Origin: Halocafeteria seosinensis
Taxonomy: Eukaryota
DNA length: 64,000 bases
Assembly (NCBI GenBank): GCA_001687465.1
Contig: LVLI01000234.1
Coordinates: 1-64,000, forward strand
Direction: 5' to 3'
The translations under genes and the position numbers were made by a program. Position 1 is the stretch's first letter. The number at the start of each line of letters is the position of its first letter. Under the pieces are notes generated by a model. That model ran no database searches. It worked only from the letters and a program-made list of their open reading frames with translations, and had not been told where the DNA came from. Positions 38,101 through 46,648 of this stretch are shown one piece after another.

Positions 38101-41100
38101 CTTGGATTACATGCTCTGAGAGATCAAGGCTTTGATAGCTATACGGAATTGGACATTTCTTGTAAAGACAGCGCGTCTGTACCCGAACTTCGGTTGGGTG
38201 TGATCCCGCATAACAAGAAAACTGGTTCTGGTAATGACCATTTTGGGATTCTTCCGCTGGGTAGCTGGAGTAGTGTGCGTGATGCTGAGAAATATGAAGA
38301 CTTCGTGACGCGGGTGGTTCCTGTCATACAGAGTATAAGGCCCTCTTTGAGAACTTCAGCTTTGAAGAGCATTTTGATGCCTCGAAGAGAGTGTAGCCTT
38401 CCGTTGTCCGTCTTGGGAGATCTCTCTGAGGAAAAAGTTCGGAAGTGGTTCGAGAGCTTAACAGCAGTGGAATCTTCTTGCAGTAGTATACGCTATTGTG
38501 GCGTAACCTCCAAGAGACACCGCCTAGCGGCATTTGATCTACCGTCTGGAAAGATAGTGTCAGCCCCCGAAGGAGGTTGCATAGTTTCTCGTAGCGATGT
38601 AGCTGCTGATGATGTTTCAAAGTACGAATGCCCCTCGTTAGACGACGTCAACGTGACACTTTCCGCTGCAGGGGAGTTTGAAGGTTCGAGCGTCCAACGC
38701 ATTGGGTGTGGTATAAGGAGATGCCTCGAATTTGAGGAGCGAACACAAATTTTCTTTACCCTAGATGGCAAGACTGTCGGCTCTGTTTATGTCGATGCAA
38801 AACCTGATGAGCTTCTAATAGTTGCCGAAATCCCGGCTTCTGGCAAATCGCCTTTTATGCTGAAATCAGTGCATCCGTATATGCAGAAGGTTGATTGGTA
38901 TCAAGCAGTTGAGTACCTGACTCCCTTGGAGCATACTTTCGCGAAAATCGCACCAACGTTGAAACATGAGGGCAGCTCTCGCTATATATCTGACAGCGTC
39001 TCCGCCGGTATCCGCAATGATATCGCAACCACTTTTAAGAAGCCTCTTGAAATGCCTAGGTCCCTTCGGAGGATGATCCAGGGTCATGGGCAGCGACAGC
39101 AGCTTATATCCTACGAGGATTCCCAATTCGACGTCACACATGTTTCGGGGACAACGCACGAAGACGACGATGACGTACAGAGTGGAACTGAAGTGCCTCG
39201 AGATGTGAAGTTTTTAACTCCCTCTGTATCCGAGGTTTCCGTCGATCATATAGCAAATGGTCCATCCATGCATTCAGTTCTGGCGGAATTCCGTAAGAAC
39301 AAGGAGAGCGATCGCCTCCGCATTTCTTCTTATAGGCTTAAGCCTGTACGTTCCTGCTTACTGTCACAAATTCTGGAATCTGGGGTATACAAAGACGTTC
39401 TACGGTTTGATTCGTTCTGCGTGACCGGTGGAAACCGTAAGGTTGTCAGGATTCCATATGAGGCTCACAGTGGGTCGAAAACAGTAAGCATGCGCATTTC
39501 TCTAAAAAGGGCTTCTGGAGAAGGAAGGACCGACACGTGCGACGAGACGGTGAATATTGCTTCCGTAGAAACCAAGCAGGTCCCTGCACCTGGATGGTAC
39601 TGGGGTTACATCTCTGACGTTTCATTGTGTTCCCATGTTGAAAACAGGCTTCTCAAGCAATGCAGGATATTCTTTCCCGGAGTCGGATGTATGAATGATT
39701 TGACAGAGCTTACAGACGCCGCTAAACGACGGGAAGGCGAAGCTGAACTTCTTCGTCAATCTAGTGCCGATGGCTCAATTGAGTCGTCCGCGACTGAGTC
39801 GAGCGCGAGTGGTGGAGTGGAACGGTTGTTCCCTAGTGAGGACTCAAGCGAGAGTGGAAGCTCTACCAGCGATGATGTCGGAGAGAACGTGTCACAGACC
39901 AGTCGGCATCTTTTCTCCCAAGAGCAGAGTGTGTGGCAACATCAACAGGATCCACCCGGTGCATGGGATTCCACTAATGACGACGATGAAACAGAGGATT
40001 CAGTGGGAACTGAGGAGGAAGAAGAGGAGGAGGAGGAGGAAAATTCTGATAGTGGGACCTCTACAGAATCCGACGAAGGTGGCATGTCTGAACGATCTCG
40101 CAGACAAAACAGAGCATTGAGGGCGGACAGCGGTGTTACAGAGATTTCCGAACCTTTCCAATTGAAAGAAATCAGCAACGTTGGAGGCGCTTTAATATGC
40201 ACTTCCTTGTTTAAAGTGGAGGTTGATGAGGACGAGCCCTTTGTGTCTCTCGGTTTTCCAGGACTGAAAGTGACCGAGGGTAAATGGTACTACGAATGTA
40301 AGGTATTGTCAGGAGATGAAGGGACGGTTCAGTTAGGCTGGGCTGATGTGCCGTTTCGCCCTGACGCCCGAGGGGGTGAAGGAGTCGGTGACGATCGACA
40401 CAGTTGGGCTTACGATGGAACCAGACAGCAAATATGGCACTCCCAGAGGCCTCAGCGGTGGGGTAAAAGATGGACAGAAGGAGTGACTGTTTGTTGTTGT
40501 TTGGATTTGGATGAAGGGAAGATTTCTTTTGGGATAGATGGTGACTATACGCACCCCATGGGGACCGCGTTTTCTGGTTTGAGTGTTTCTACGTTGCAGG
40601 GGATGTACCCAGTAGTTAGCGGGAATGGTATGGCTGCTGAGTTTTATGTCGGGGGTGAGGAGGGCAAAAAACCGAAGTATTCCTGCGGCTTTCGTCCGAT
40701 TGGAGAGAGCGTGGAACCAGTAAAAGCTCCTGCGGAAGCTGCGCATAGCGCCTATCTGCCGAATGTTTCCATCTCTTCTGGCTATATGAGCGCCATGGAT
40801 AACCTATTCGCATTGTCGTCCCTGGACTCGTCGGAGCCTGCTCCACGCTGTCTGAGTAATAGAAATCGAGTTTTAGACCTTCCGTCTTCTGCCTGCTTAC
40901 GAATAAAAGTACTTGCAGATGGTGGTGTCTTAGCTGAATTTCCTATAACAAGCGCTGACCTCAAACTACTTCAAGAGGATGGACATGTGATTCGTTTCCC
41001 CTTTACTGAATTATTCATAGAGGGATTCCGGGACGTCGAAATTTGTGTAGAAAGCTTTGGGAACGGAGGAGAGACAGTAGATATATCTATAGACGAATTC

Positions 41101-44100
41101 AATGTGTCTTGTGAGAAAGGAGAGTGTTTTGGTAGTGAATTATATGCATTGGATTTGGTCTCTCATCATTTGCTTCTCTCTGAAGTCTTCCCTAGCTCAG
41201 TTGTGGATGCGGCCCAAGATTCACCGCTGACTGAATGCCCTCAACTGCTGCGCAATGAACTCGTGTCGTTATCGTGCCGTAGCGGTGGTGCTCAATCATC
41301 ATTCATGTCTATGGAAGAAACTGTAGACCATAGATGGTCCGTTCAGGCAGCTTATGGTGCGTTCCCGTTCATGGAACATGGTGGTTTGGCTGTCGTTCGT
41401 ATCGATTCGGACGGTGAGGAGCGTGCTGCGAAGAGTGGTTGGGTTCCTGTGTCTGTTCTGAAGGCTCCGCTAGTTACTACGTTTTGGCTTCCGCACCTGC
41501 CGGGGATCTCCCATGTGAGCTGCGACTATGGGTACACCCAAGTGAGACCGGTGAATGCAGCCCAACCAAGGTTGCAAGGTTGGGTTCGCGCTGAACATTT
41601 GGGGAGAATTACGAAAGCGTTTGGCGTCGATATTGGCTCTGCTGACCGCAACTCTCGCTGTCAACGGCAATTAGTACGGAAGGAACATGCTCTTCGAATC
41701 AACGACATCTCGTGCGCTGCCACACGGTGTTTCCTCTCCTTCGTGAAGTACGCACAGCTTGCACAATGTTTTGCTGGCAGCGTACACCGTGGATGGGACG
41801 CAAAACTGTTAGAGACTTTAAGACATCTGTACTCGATATGGCGAACGGTGCAGCTTCCTGCTGAGTCTTTACGGAAAAACCTGACTCAGTTGATACAGAA
41901 GTATACAGGATTTGTTGGTTTGGGGAGAGCAACTCCCTTAGCCTTTGCGGCGGAGTTCTCAAATGCCGTGGAAAGGCAGAACTGGGCCGATATCATAGGT
42001 AGCCGTTTACAGATTGTGGAATCCGGTCGAGGTAAACAGTTCAATGCTAGAGATGCCATGGAAAGCATTCAGTCATTCATGGATGAAAGATTGAAGAAAG
42101 AAGGGGATAGTAGTCATCTGCTGATGCTTGCTGCTAGAGAATGTGAAAAGCAGCTGAGGAGCAGTCCACCTTTTGTACAGCAAAGGGAAATAATTCGAGA
42201 AAACAGTCACCCTTACATTCCGGGAACACAAGCTGCAGTAGGACCTTGCCAGATCAAGCTTGAAGATGCCGGAGCGTTGCTCGTGCGGTTCGATGACCGT
42301 TCAGATCTGGCATTCTATACGGACGTCTTAAAATTTAGTAGCTCTCCGACAATGGATTCTATAGTATATTACGTGACTGGGACGCGAGATCCATCCAATG
42401 GAGATATGAGGGCTACGCAAGGTCTTAACCATCGTTTTGGTTGCTTCATTGTACCGGGAAATGAACTCTGGTACTCATTTGAATCTCAAGAAGACGTCAC
42501 TACGTACACGAGGCGCCATTACGGATTCCGTTTCGCGGTCTACCCTCTTCGAGAGACGTGGCTTTGGGGACCGTCGGTCATGAATGAGAAGAATACTGAT
42601 TGGGGAATCTACCTCCTGGAGTACTTACTGTCCGACCATGTGTTTGAGTTCTTACCGAAGGTTTCAGTGCACAACAAGGCGATGGTATCTTCCTTAGCTG
42701 ACAACTTGTCTAACGAACGGCTGAGTGTTTCTCAGAAGTGGCGAGTTAGCAAGCTCTTGACTAGAATTTTGAAGTCTCCTTCCTGCTTTACCTGGGATAA
42801 TTTTCCCTCAGAAAAACTGCTTACTTCTCTAAGCTCCAGTATGATGTCTCAGTACTTGAAATCCATTCGGCCCTTGCAGAAATCCCATGGGGCTGCTAGC
42901 TCCGAGGGTGTTGTTGAATTATGCCTCGCCTGTCATCAGTCGACTCTCTATCGACGCAAACTTGGGCGGAAAGCAGCCGCGCACTCTCGTGCTAAGGCAA
43001 GAGAGCATACTCCAACCGAGAACGATCGCATTGCCCGACCCAGTTTACGTCTCCCCGTGAGCCCGTCCAAAATTAGAGCATGCCTTACTGCTGAGGGGGA
43101 GCTTACGGATGATGATGTAACAGAAGTTCTGAATTTCTTAACGGAGTACAACGCTCTTTCGCATTCTTTGCTTAATGAGTTACGCCTCCCTTTTTCATTT
43201 ATATGCGAGTCATGGCTCGCTGCGTGCGGTATGGTAAGAGTTGTGGAATCGAGTCATCCCGTGCGTATGAACGATACGAATGAGCAGTTTGTTGTACGCA
43301 ATGGTACAAAGCGCGGTGGCACAGCATATCCACATGTTCAAGGGAATAAATGGGTAGCTGAGGGTGTCATTCACGTGGGACTTCCGCCTGATTGGAGATG
43401 CACAGAAACTGAGAGCTTTTACGAGGTAGTTCTCCACGAGCGCACGGAACTTCCCCCAGGATCGAAACTTCAAATCGGTGATAAGACTTTGACTCCAGAT
43501 ATTGCATCCACGGGCGGTAACTTCTCAGTCAGTCTCACCTCGGGGATGGGTGCTTCGCCCCGGGGTGTACGATGGCGCTATGAGCAGGTAGTGACGGGAG
43601 AAGAGTGCACCGATAGCGAGAAGCCCTGGGGCTTTGCTTTCCGAGTACGACTTGTGGATAATGCAACTGGTGTGTCGAGAGAGCGGACTAAGGAAGCGAA
43701 CTACTTGCTTCCGCACGAACGTGGTTTACTACGATATTTTGGCTCCCATCTTCTAGAAATGGCTCAAGATCTCGGAACTTGGAGTTGCAAGGAGGACGAA
43801 GAACTAGCTCAATTTTTGGCGCATTCACAAGACCGAAACATCACTAAACTCGCATCTAGACACCAGAATCAAGGTGGTGCTCGTTCTTCGAGAGGATCTA
43901 ATCAAACGACTGACCGGATAGTTGGTGCTTTTGTCAGTTCAGAATTCCCCACGTTTGTCTCTTCCTCAAGGGTCTCCTCTCGGGATCCCTCCTCTTCTGA
44001 GGATACGAAAACGTTATCCTCGAACCTGAAGAGCATATTCTCCCCGACCAGCATTTGGAACATAGGAGAACAGGATCGCGTACGATATAGTCGTCTAATG

Positions 44101-45750
44101 GCGAGGTCAATGCAGTCGCTGATGTTGCGCCAGGCCTTGTTTGTATCATTCAACCAAAGGACCTATTGGACTCTACCATTGTTACGTCTCTCGCTGCATC
44201 CAGGAAGCACTTTGCAACTCAAGAACCAAGCCCGCGTATACGAGAAACAGAAACAAGAAGGTGGCGTTTCGAAAGACTCCGTCAGTAAAATGTCGGCGGG
44301 AATTCAAAAATGGCAAACGGTAATAAGTGCGGGTCAGGAATCAGTTGAAAGCAAAGGAGACTTACTGACCTCGCAGTCCCTTTCCCTTGGGGACAAAGTT
44401 AAACAATTGCGGCACTTAATAATGAAGATCCTGAAGCAGTATTATTTGTCGAACATGATATCAGAAGAGCTTTCACAGGAAGGTCGTGAGGACGAAAGCG
44501 ATTCTGAGCCTGAGACGGAAATCCCGCCCTTGTTACTGGACAACTATGCTGCTAGCTCCTCTGCTGAAAAGGGGTTTACAGGACCGTGGGACAGCAATAG
44601 CTGCTTTGTTCAAGCTTTCGAGAAACAGAACAAACTGTCGTCAAGTGTATTTCGGGGTAAGAAAATAGAATACGACCGTCTTTTTGAGATATCGTTCCGT
44701 CATGAGAGTGGAATCGACCAAGGAGGAGTTTACCGAGAAGGAATGCAGAGAATCGTCGAGGACATAATGAGCTCCAACATGGACCTGTTCATCCCGGCGC
44801 AAAGTGGAAACAGTAGCAAGACCACTCAGGAAGATGGACCAGCCTCTAGCTTTGTGCCTAATCCCCTGTACGGCTCTCCTATGGCACCTGGTATCCTCTT
44901 CGCCGATAACTACAGAGCGTCTGAAGAGCCCTATCGACCTTTGGCCATGTATGAGTATGTTGGCAAACTCCTGGGGATCTCGTTACGGCATCAGGAACTT
45001 CTTCCCTTTAGTTTCCCACGGTTCTTGTGGAAGTGCATCCAACAAAGCGATGTCACATTAGATGATCTTGTGACTATTGATACCGACGAAGCAGAGCGAC
45101 TAAAGAAAATGGAGGCTGCTGTGAAGCCTACGGATGGAGAGGCAACAACTTCTTGGGAACAAATAGAGAAGAGTTATTTCGTGGCAAGCAGTTCCAATGG
45201 TAGATCTCGGTTTGAGTTATGTCCAGGTGGGGCTTCACGAGTTGTTACTTCCGAGAATGCGGACGAGTACATACGCAAGTACCTCAATTTCCGTAAGCGG
45301 GAATTTTCTGTTGCTGTGGAGGCCATGCAGCGGGGACTAGCTTCTATTGTACCACAAACCGTCTTACCGCTATTCACCCCCAAGGAAATCGAAGTGATGA
45401 TCGCCGGGGAAGACGACGTGGATATTGAGTATCTTAAGGAGCACACGGTATCGCAACACGATCCTACTATTGTGTCTTGGTTTTGGAAAGTGCTGTCCAG
45501 TTTGACTCCCGAAGAGCGGTGTGCATATATTCGGTTCGTGTGGGGTCGATCAAGACTGCCGCCAGCCGGTCAGCCTTGGGAACACAACCATTACATTGGA
45601 GTCCTTGAAGGCGCGGGTGACAACGCTCTACCAGAAGGCCATACTTGTTTCTTTCATATTGATCTACCCCGGTACTCTTCCGAAGAAAGACTACGATGGG
45701 GCTTGCAAACGGCTATCCACTACGGAAGTGCCGGTATCCTCAATGCCTGA
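26188..45750 (+). CDS. Giant single-exon HECT E3 ubiquitin ligase (~6,520 aa) with UBA and SPRY domains
   Basis: Stop-free ORF; first ATG at 26188. UBA (RLQELGFPLRTCVRALQQTSGDMEAAADYVF, ~27890-27995). SPRY (GKWYYECKV...VQLGWAD...GVGDDRHSWAYDG, ~40280-40650). C-terminal HECT (ESGIDQGGVYRE...FVWGRSRLP...LPEGHTCFFHIDLPRYSS) with catalytic Cys codon at ~45646. Confidence 0.93.
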   Translation: MATPAAGASPGSGDNASTCLWNLPRVLTAVAAASSEQKKQGADAPVSKQQRKDAQVVARYLINNHYDLEMHEIYHFIRDLQRHTSNEEDAKSGQQQSPNPGKGSGGDQELGGKEKQWGDILDSSLTALESAWWRNSDSAKKEATALEQVGHRGAVSKDLCSVLADKPKKLEEQEYSRIHHRISEGPDETSSLSKSVQSLLQFLDSCQLGVGTLPESEGQQTNIESDYFADLLCEELTNLTSEYQPLQLFSEVSTPLTSSVKSVLPKTMESPTSSVSLAIDKGALQDVAYKGYIISDDDPSATHTIDFTFGQSLRIEGISLRLDPQKMPATVSLSKKVASTYSSLQSNELREDGFLFVPLGGEKCDGLRVSFNGEHSLSRRIATKGHFMDILSLRILSVSETSEKKGGRRSHARPGWTSKRTLKVIQNWLLEKFYSASPGHSIRFSCVKVMIEFVRIYGTLELLLSVNSMVVNLVHEELTSLGTSLSRLLHDLYRELFRMNHPIFAQEATTNGKQEVDCKEAVINEGNDGEEEAEAEEEHEEEDEESESGHVSMYEGMTRDEVFETFPEVGRLQELGFPLRTCVRALQQTSGDMEAAADYVFSHMGEEEDGAQLEEEAALPEGETNEPLSEEKEEEEEDEDDELDTKDAAIGSGAGRAEELSSFQGELPTTSSTIAQCLRDKASLTRLVFVAVEQLCEQWNCTASLSSNTCGSFPSIFPGEVAIDNTSTRDGIVTLPSEMGAGITHAPYCLEPTESTFSSLHLVLQALIGEKGTGSSSTFKPVQQFDKSHKKDLVVLTLKIVGSQLRRIVDSNVNPKDLGIDTNAGSSSLVGVRTILQDLVLDRTDANTLDRSQLNEIRYEALTVIQYGFGLLYHTAQDRVRLISQVLTVCRVGESNMNGIDDVASRLLHALVSHAAIPSSLFGGIAAGGGGQLCGLGNHRMLLVSRSTKKTEEPTESVVALYERFNKQLMCTLQVLKSSAEHQELYSKLKLSMLFYFSDMIVMAIRGTSLRRVVPALSSFCTEFFNTCTGSLDDAPDSEGGNSFGILPFVLETIYALPQGILCLLAEHCLPALTKLSTSAMKWDRDPIPSSRSVKTLQWDTDSLGNFCKSPFKSTTVNWQSSGTTFPATGSLTGVVTGSSGTFVGTLLPSWFTKYKGTPSPTSPPVKFHNILSHLNGDKGKHALLKSHAAFRQLNEVPKNINIVLLSKPGAPNEAREDGSSTEKRRESFMYTLAFGISIRRGSDGAGCHRFQIDGSNFSISTGPLSRPDQGKLTESLSLSARGRAFRSSTGAIFSLDGTRVSAMTLNLDFPVLLSGDKWLPFNGSISVLDTDARLAPLLPANVLPCSGFFNTSGRFHCCETSKSPEKVVSLSAQVVTSGKLTRSVEQVVNKWMEREDAEEESSRLFSEMRNEMASRGDNFYLVGIMSISSREGDDTKHFAFIQYCAGEAVAGFYRTSLIATSGALIKAGIQGPTFHMSERAMSKYLSKRTMLKGSSLEAVMHNVSEGATEKSEFYLKSINEVKGAVLAGYMGSSAEHSLSTAMGKNLLLGTCETPANNVLYDLFVEPLPPHTDISMDGGWSEAWSLLQPFFQSKGPRKSPLIRKREAKTASPGAESIFMGVLALTMGAETLLLELIAALFSQQLDMEGVGVEPIMQSKHLTSVVPSHLVWWPQLLARWVNVSSIDGIPEETRRLLVRRDYSQILDSNDDVVTSIAFRINKFRTWLRLQRQNLQENASASRTFRTRFSAKTSQCLNKLRRGISSGLHRDCSTSEVYLYSTLLEKADDVSKLSRKNAPDSYASLLSDLAEQSILLLNNFVASKSVENSVRASVSFPLEVNSTFAMTDTEDRFQRWQSTLSHKDLDLLKQGSYAMNLPFSKLPDTIDDKTISTLTNHRTDDGDDDDDYFEGKPSAIGHGDFEVSLIGQPSVGLAPMDSSSSQDASRGYAADVSGAALHSSVANVLSRQLSLEQQPSTMSFASDDDNENDEEIAELIAGTVDSDSKQSSALYRRAGFDIYDYLTSVVRTERKGYLILSSHVYQNVRGLMRAKALCSAEMLLTTLRECPQESALLTHILCSSYFRLQRLGTEQLLSLGSNSPDNMRDSLSQTSRFKEQILSSSSRGRSHFLTSIEGTSLSVYQLVEACALSLFLSAVKLLSQASRGNLETAHLYLRLFGLGWGRDDHEFLLRSGLLPVLRHLTGVSRFSQLEWESRNCVRSLRCGAPVADTALLEEKQSVLAEIPDNQLWTSMKRLSHYDYANMVAYEPLVYFWRCYFCRPSDERRGGWSWFEGSAGHVCAGDTHTIANKLCRNVDYLVHKFSRQHNLPEFSFSPSASGAQCMRDAVHFHEQLQMRGLFISRSNASDKCNDTVLSEHLQYIREGGRTTDVPSAVRDAVTRLVSSETFFFPAWQPAELDGGLRIIQKAILDTVFALASAGLHTEAAHLVNICVTIDLLYLTEDNTIRVQFESSRSVEDVWQIWLTWWKEALCRITLPKMSLNHETASLKQFRVEQGGTTRTSNFALASFELSRCADNALRSLSIRISSTSLSLNDKDVLESEQTKTTLILLYATLRFAIKDIIICGKELIHTESGTQSSSPTASYLSPFKSPGSSPGFSRPASCGADTSPALSIGDYAELFERRLYWLQSLITPGYLHAAAVHVVSNSELLNMLLSILARFVYSEEFVSTCSAVLRFLRAIVPQLTLGATKEALNTGIGDVTVLLDPLFSLDRSILDHGCSSANGDEHKAQLKSFIVFLARLAIRSVVQLTESELCEFCSVALWPKSLLVSKGALFLLRRLTRAKKWRTITNEIFTVVLRQCARVSNDQRIQPLDQETLYSYILANVVFAVGGGHNIQCTPGAIAEINPQIARSDVLSQSKMYSDVVSIFQRVQYPTLYVVDAEPGSPFARVCLLVDEAFPNVFQGLADSKAIDVVGSKNFFNGTFDVPVECLRPLDTIRPPPFLLDDPYFIRYTTDIVHACRRRLEDTRATEVEQSIMLSIGESAVLAAHSAIPHNKDALMGCTDLLEGIFSLTTLTTKLSQEERSFTMLKDASSSALSIRSRILSWIDYLASHSDDQYPTKLVEPTSGAPSYRNLQDFRFGEQVLSCQLCWLSLAVGDGVRRALDWVAVMCHGSGHPDARKFRDSLERVSSHISEESDSVRFTVSDTGLADITAECERILREFRNLEAQSVTRLNQCVAAAAGMLFASVVSLSLITKQVKSMGRYRMLRSDDNILERRLNLRDVNSDYNNDVIILSCALCLPVDSVRQAVSANKVTVGAIRDLWDSLGWSTVFSTKTVEQFSSSKQQRALYSDMLSYQCALDSEDMKWALTLNSYPYVAAVCNSISCAAIHTKLFDRQANFLLWVWAGLSPVDFGDELTTPSCTLIKNYSKILIPYNVGKSWIDEFCKNAINVAQLNRNVNEASETGLAEVVEASCHSDVQLYLRSRLFDSYIPKSSVAISESRWEAIPANRVNQQYYDKLKYLIKEKLRAATPVAVPVLGGQAWDGIWMQLTSNREVFKACEGSIHRFSSLLASFEHSPLLSKALSGVLSVEEARGTPILRQISVPLCREVADAYTLQCSGCSPYLDVSNAELTDASLVPAGKLHEDNALFHCGCARSSGTLRIPINEGHSKIAFDIHFFYSVNNQAGDDDEVSVEIEGDDSRTEVFRRSRKNGVSEMVAGALQSVNASSIPDIDLQSQVVTEKWGFDKNSAEDERKLFSMRGASFMDRIILQIDLRCKVVYCGQVGCTPLIPLCSLGLSSAKYISLNFIRGNVGVLLSESRSYPLNSSSVIPISGTVAGLLDRVASSFVDDYLHDKVLDVEVSGCRSYSDAIQSPAPAVVDARSPPEFIYAPMFYDGSGARLCDNNSIAPIHPSLLSSGLEDVTVTSSLGYFSKGSRLYRLHTPLLDPAKVTFYFGALATDLDERYCTELQLRRNARYDHMTKRGAQELPEELIADLSCILFRLPSFSPPDNSLGLHALRDQGFDSYTELDISCKDSASVPELRLGVIPHNKKTGSGNDHFGILPLGSWSSVRDAEKYEDFVTRVVPVIQSIRPSLRTSALKSILMPRRECSLPLSVLGDLSEEKVRKWFESLTAVESSCSSIRYCGVTSKRHRLAAFDLPSGKIVSAPEGGCIVSRSDVAADDVSKYECPSLDDVNVTLSAAGEFEGSSVQRIGCGIRRCLEFEERTQIFFTLDGKTVGSVYVDAKPDELLIVAEIPASGKSPFMLKSVHPYMQKVDWYQAVEYLTPLEHTFAKIAPTLKHEGSSRYISDSVSAGIRNDIATTFKKPLEMPRSLRRMIQGHGQRQQLISYEDSQFDVTHVSGTTHEDDDDVQSGTEVPRDVKFLTPSVSEVSVDHIANGPSMHSVLAEFRKNKESDRLRISSYRLKPVRSCLLSQILESGVYKDVLRFDSFCVTGGNRKVVRIPYEAHSGSKTVSMRISLKRASGEGRTDTCDETVNIASVETKQVPAPGWYWGYISDVSLCSHVENRLLKQCRIFFPGVGCMNDLTELTDAAKRREGEAELLRQSSADGSIESSATESSASGGVERLFPSEDSSESGSSTSDDVGENVSQTSRHLFSQEQSVWQHQQDPPGAWDSTNDDDETEDSVGTEEEEEEEEEENSDSGTSTESDEGGMSERSRRQNRALRADSGVTEISEPFQLKEISNVGGALICTSLFKVEVDEDEPFVSLGFPGLKVTEGKWYYECKVLSGDEGTVQLGWADVPFRPDARGGEGVGDDRHSWAYDGTRQQIWHSQRPQRWGKRWTEGVTVCCCLDLDEGKISFGIDGDYTHPMGTAFSGLSVSTLQGMYPVVSGNGMAAEFYVGGEEGKKPKYSCGFRPIGESVEPVKAPAEAAHSAYLPNVSISSGYMSAMDNLFALSSLDSSEPAPRCLSNRNRVLDLPSSACLRIKVLADGGVLAEFPITSADLKLLQEDGHVIRFPFTELFIEGFRDVEICVESFGNGGETVDISIDEFNVSCEKGECFGSELYALDLVSHHLLLSEVFPSSVVDAAQDSPLTECPQLLRNELVSLSCRSGGAQSSFMSMEETVDHRWSVQAAYGAFPFMEHGGLAVVRIDSDGEERAAKSGWVPVSVLKAPLVTTFWLPHLPGISHVSCDYGYTQVRPVNAAQPRLQGWVRAEHLGRITKAFGVDIGSADRNSRCQRQLVRKEHALRINDISCAATRCFLSFVKYAQLAQCFAGSVHRGWDAKLLETLRHLYSIWRTVQLPAESLRKNLTQLIQKYTGFVGLGRATPLAFAAEFSNAVERQNWADIIGSRLQIVESGRGKQFNARDAMESIQSFMDERLKKEGDSSHLLMLAARECEKQLRSSPPFVQQREIIRENSHPYIPGTQAAVGPCQIKLEDAGALLVRFDDRSDLAFYTDVLKFSSSPTMDSIVYYVTGTRDPSNGDMRATQGLNHRFGCFIVPGNELWYSFESQEDVTTYTRRHYGFRFAVYPLRETWLWGPSVMNEKNTDWGIYLLEYLLSDHVFEFLPKVSVHNKAMVSSLADNLSNERLSVSQKWRVSKLLTRILKSPSCFTWDNFPSEKLLTSLSSSMMSQYLKSIRPLQKSHGAASSEGVVELCLACHQSTLYRRKLGRKAAAHSRAKAREHTPTENDRIARPSLRLPVSPSKIRACLTAEGELTDDDVTEVLNFLTEYNALSHSLLNELRLPFSFICESWLAACGMVRVVESSHPVRMNDTNEQFVVRNGTKRGGTAYPHVQGNKWVAEGVIHVGLPPDWRCTETESFYEVVLHERTELPPGSKLQIGDKTLTPDIASTGGNFSVSLTSGMGASPRGVRWRYEQVVTGEECTDSEKPWGFAFRVRLVDNATGVSRERTKEANYLLPHERGLLRYFGSHLLEMAQDLGTWSCKEDEELAQFLAHSQDRNITKLASRHQNQGGARSSRGSNQTTDRIVGAFVSSEFPTFVSSSRVSSRDPSSSEDTKTLSSNLKSIFSPTSIWNIGEQDRVRYSRLMARSMQSLMLRQALFVSFNQRTYWTLPLLRLSLHPGSTLQLKNQARVYEKQKQEGGVSKDSVSKMSAGIQKWQTVISAGQESVESKGDLLTSQSLSLGDKVKQLRHLIMKILKQYYLSNMISEELSQEGREDESDSEPETEIPPLLLDNYAASSSAEKGFTGPWDSNSCFVQAFEKQNKLSSSVFRGKKIEYDRLFEISFRHESGIDQGGVYREGMQRIVEDIMSSNMDLFIPAQSGNSSKTTQEDGPASSFVPNPLYGSPMAPGILFADNYRASEEPYRPLAMYEYVGKLLGISLRHQELLPFSFPRFLWKCIQQSDVTLDDLVTIDTDEAERLKKMEAAVKPTDGEATTSWEQIEKSYFVASSSNGRSRFELCPGGASRVVTSENADEYIRKYLNFRKREFSVAVEAMQRGLASIVPQTVLPLFTPKEIEVMIAGEDDVDIEYLKEHTVSQHDPTIVSWFWKVLSSLTPEERCAYIRFVWGRSRLPPAGQPWEHNHYIGVLEGAGDNALPEGHTCFFHIDLPRYSSEERLRWGLQTAIHYGSAGILNA

Positions 45751-46648
45751 AAGACTGAAAGAATCATTCTCAAGATTGCTAGCAGCCTGCTCACAGACTG
45801 GTTATGTTCGTATTCCTGTACGATCCCGATAAAGCGCGATTCCGTTTCCTTCTTCGTAAAGTGCGATATTTCCACTTGTATCAAAAGCAACGTCACGAAT
45901 TCGTTCGGGAAATTCTGGAGAAGATACAGTTTTACTTCACATAACAACGGGTGATCAACACAAGCTCTTCTTCTCACTTCGGTGCTCCTTCTTCCTCGAA
46001 CAAGCGACAAGAATAGCACGCGTTTCAGTTAACTCAGCCATATAGGCGTAGTATCGACATGTGTGTGTTTCCACCGACAGAAATCTACAAGTCTACATGC
46101 TACGAGGACAAGCAGCTTGGAAGACCACCATCAAGATGAGATAGCACAGCAGAACCGTTGTTGAAGCTGTTGGGAAAGTCACAAAGCAAGGGTAAGGATT
46201 CCGGCAACTAGACGTCCTACAATTAGCTATTGTGCGTACCACGAAGCAACGAGTGGCACCCAAAGTATTCGTCTCCTTCACGTTTCGCTGTTTTGTGCAT
46301 AAATAAGCGAACACGACACGCATCATTATAGATATTCCATACACATTGTAAAGCACAAATCATTGGTTGTCGTTATCATTCATATGGTGTATGGTTGCCA
46401 TGGGTTGGCAAATAATAAATCCAACAATCTTTTCTTGGTGTTGTCAGAAACCCGAAGACTGCATCATGACATGCACCCAGTATATGAAGTGTTGTAGCTC
46501 ATCTGGCATGTATAGAGGGAGTATATCATGCTATTCCCGTGGGCAGATTACTATTGGACCTCTTGAATAAGGCAGAAACAGCGGGAATAGGCAGTGGAAC
46601 CCGAAGCCGTTAACCCACATTTGAAATACATACATGTTTTAGCACATA

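Noticed and set aside
45751..46640. Short ORFs between the HECT gene and NPHP4
   Set aside because: No recognisable motifs or consistent exon chain.
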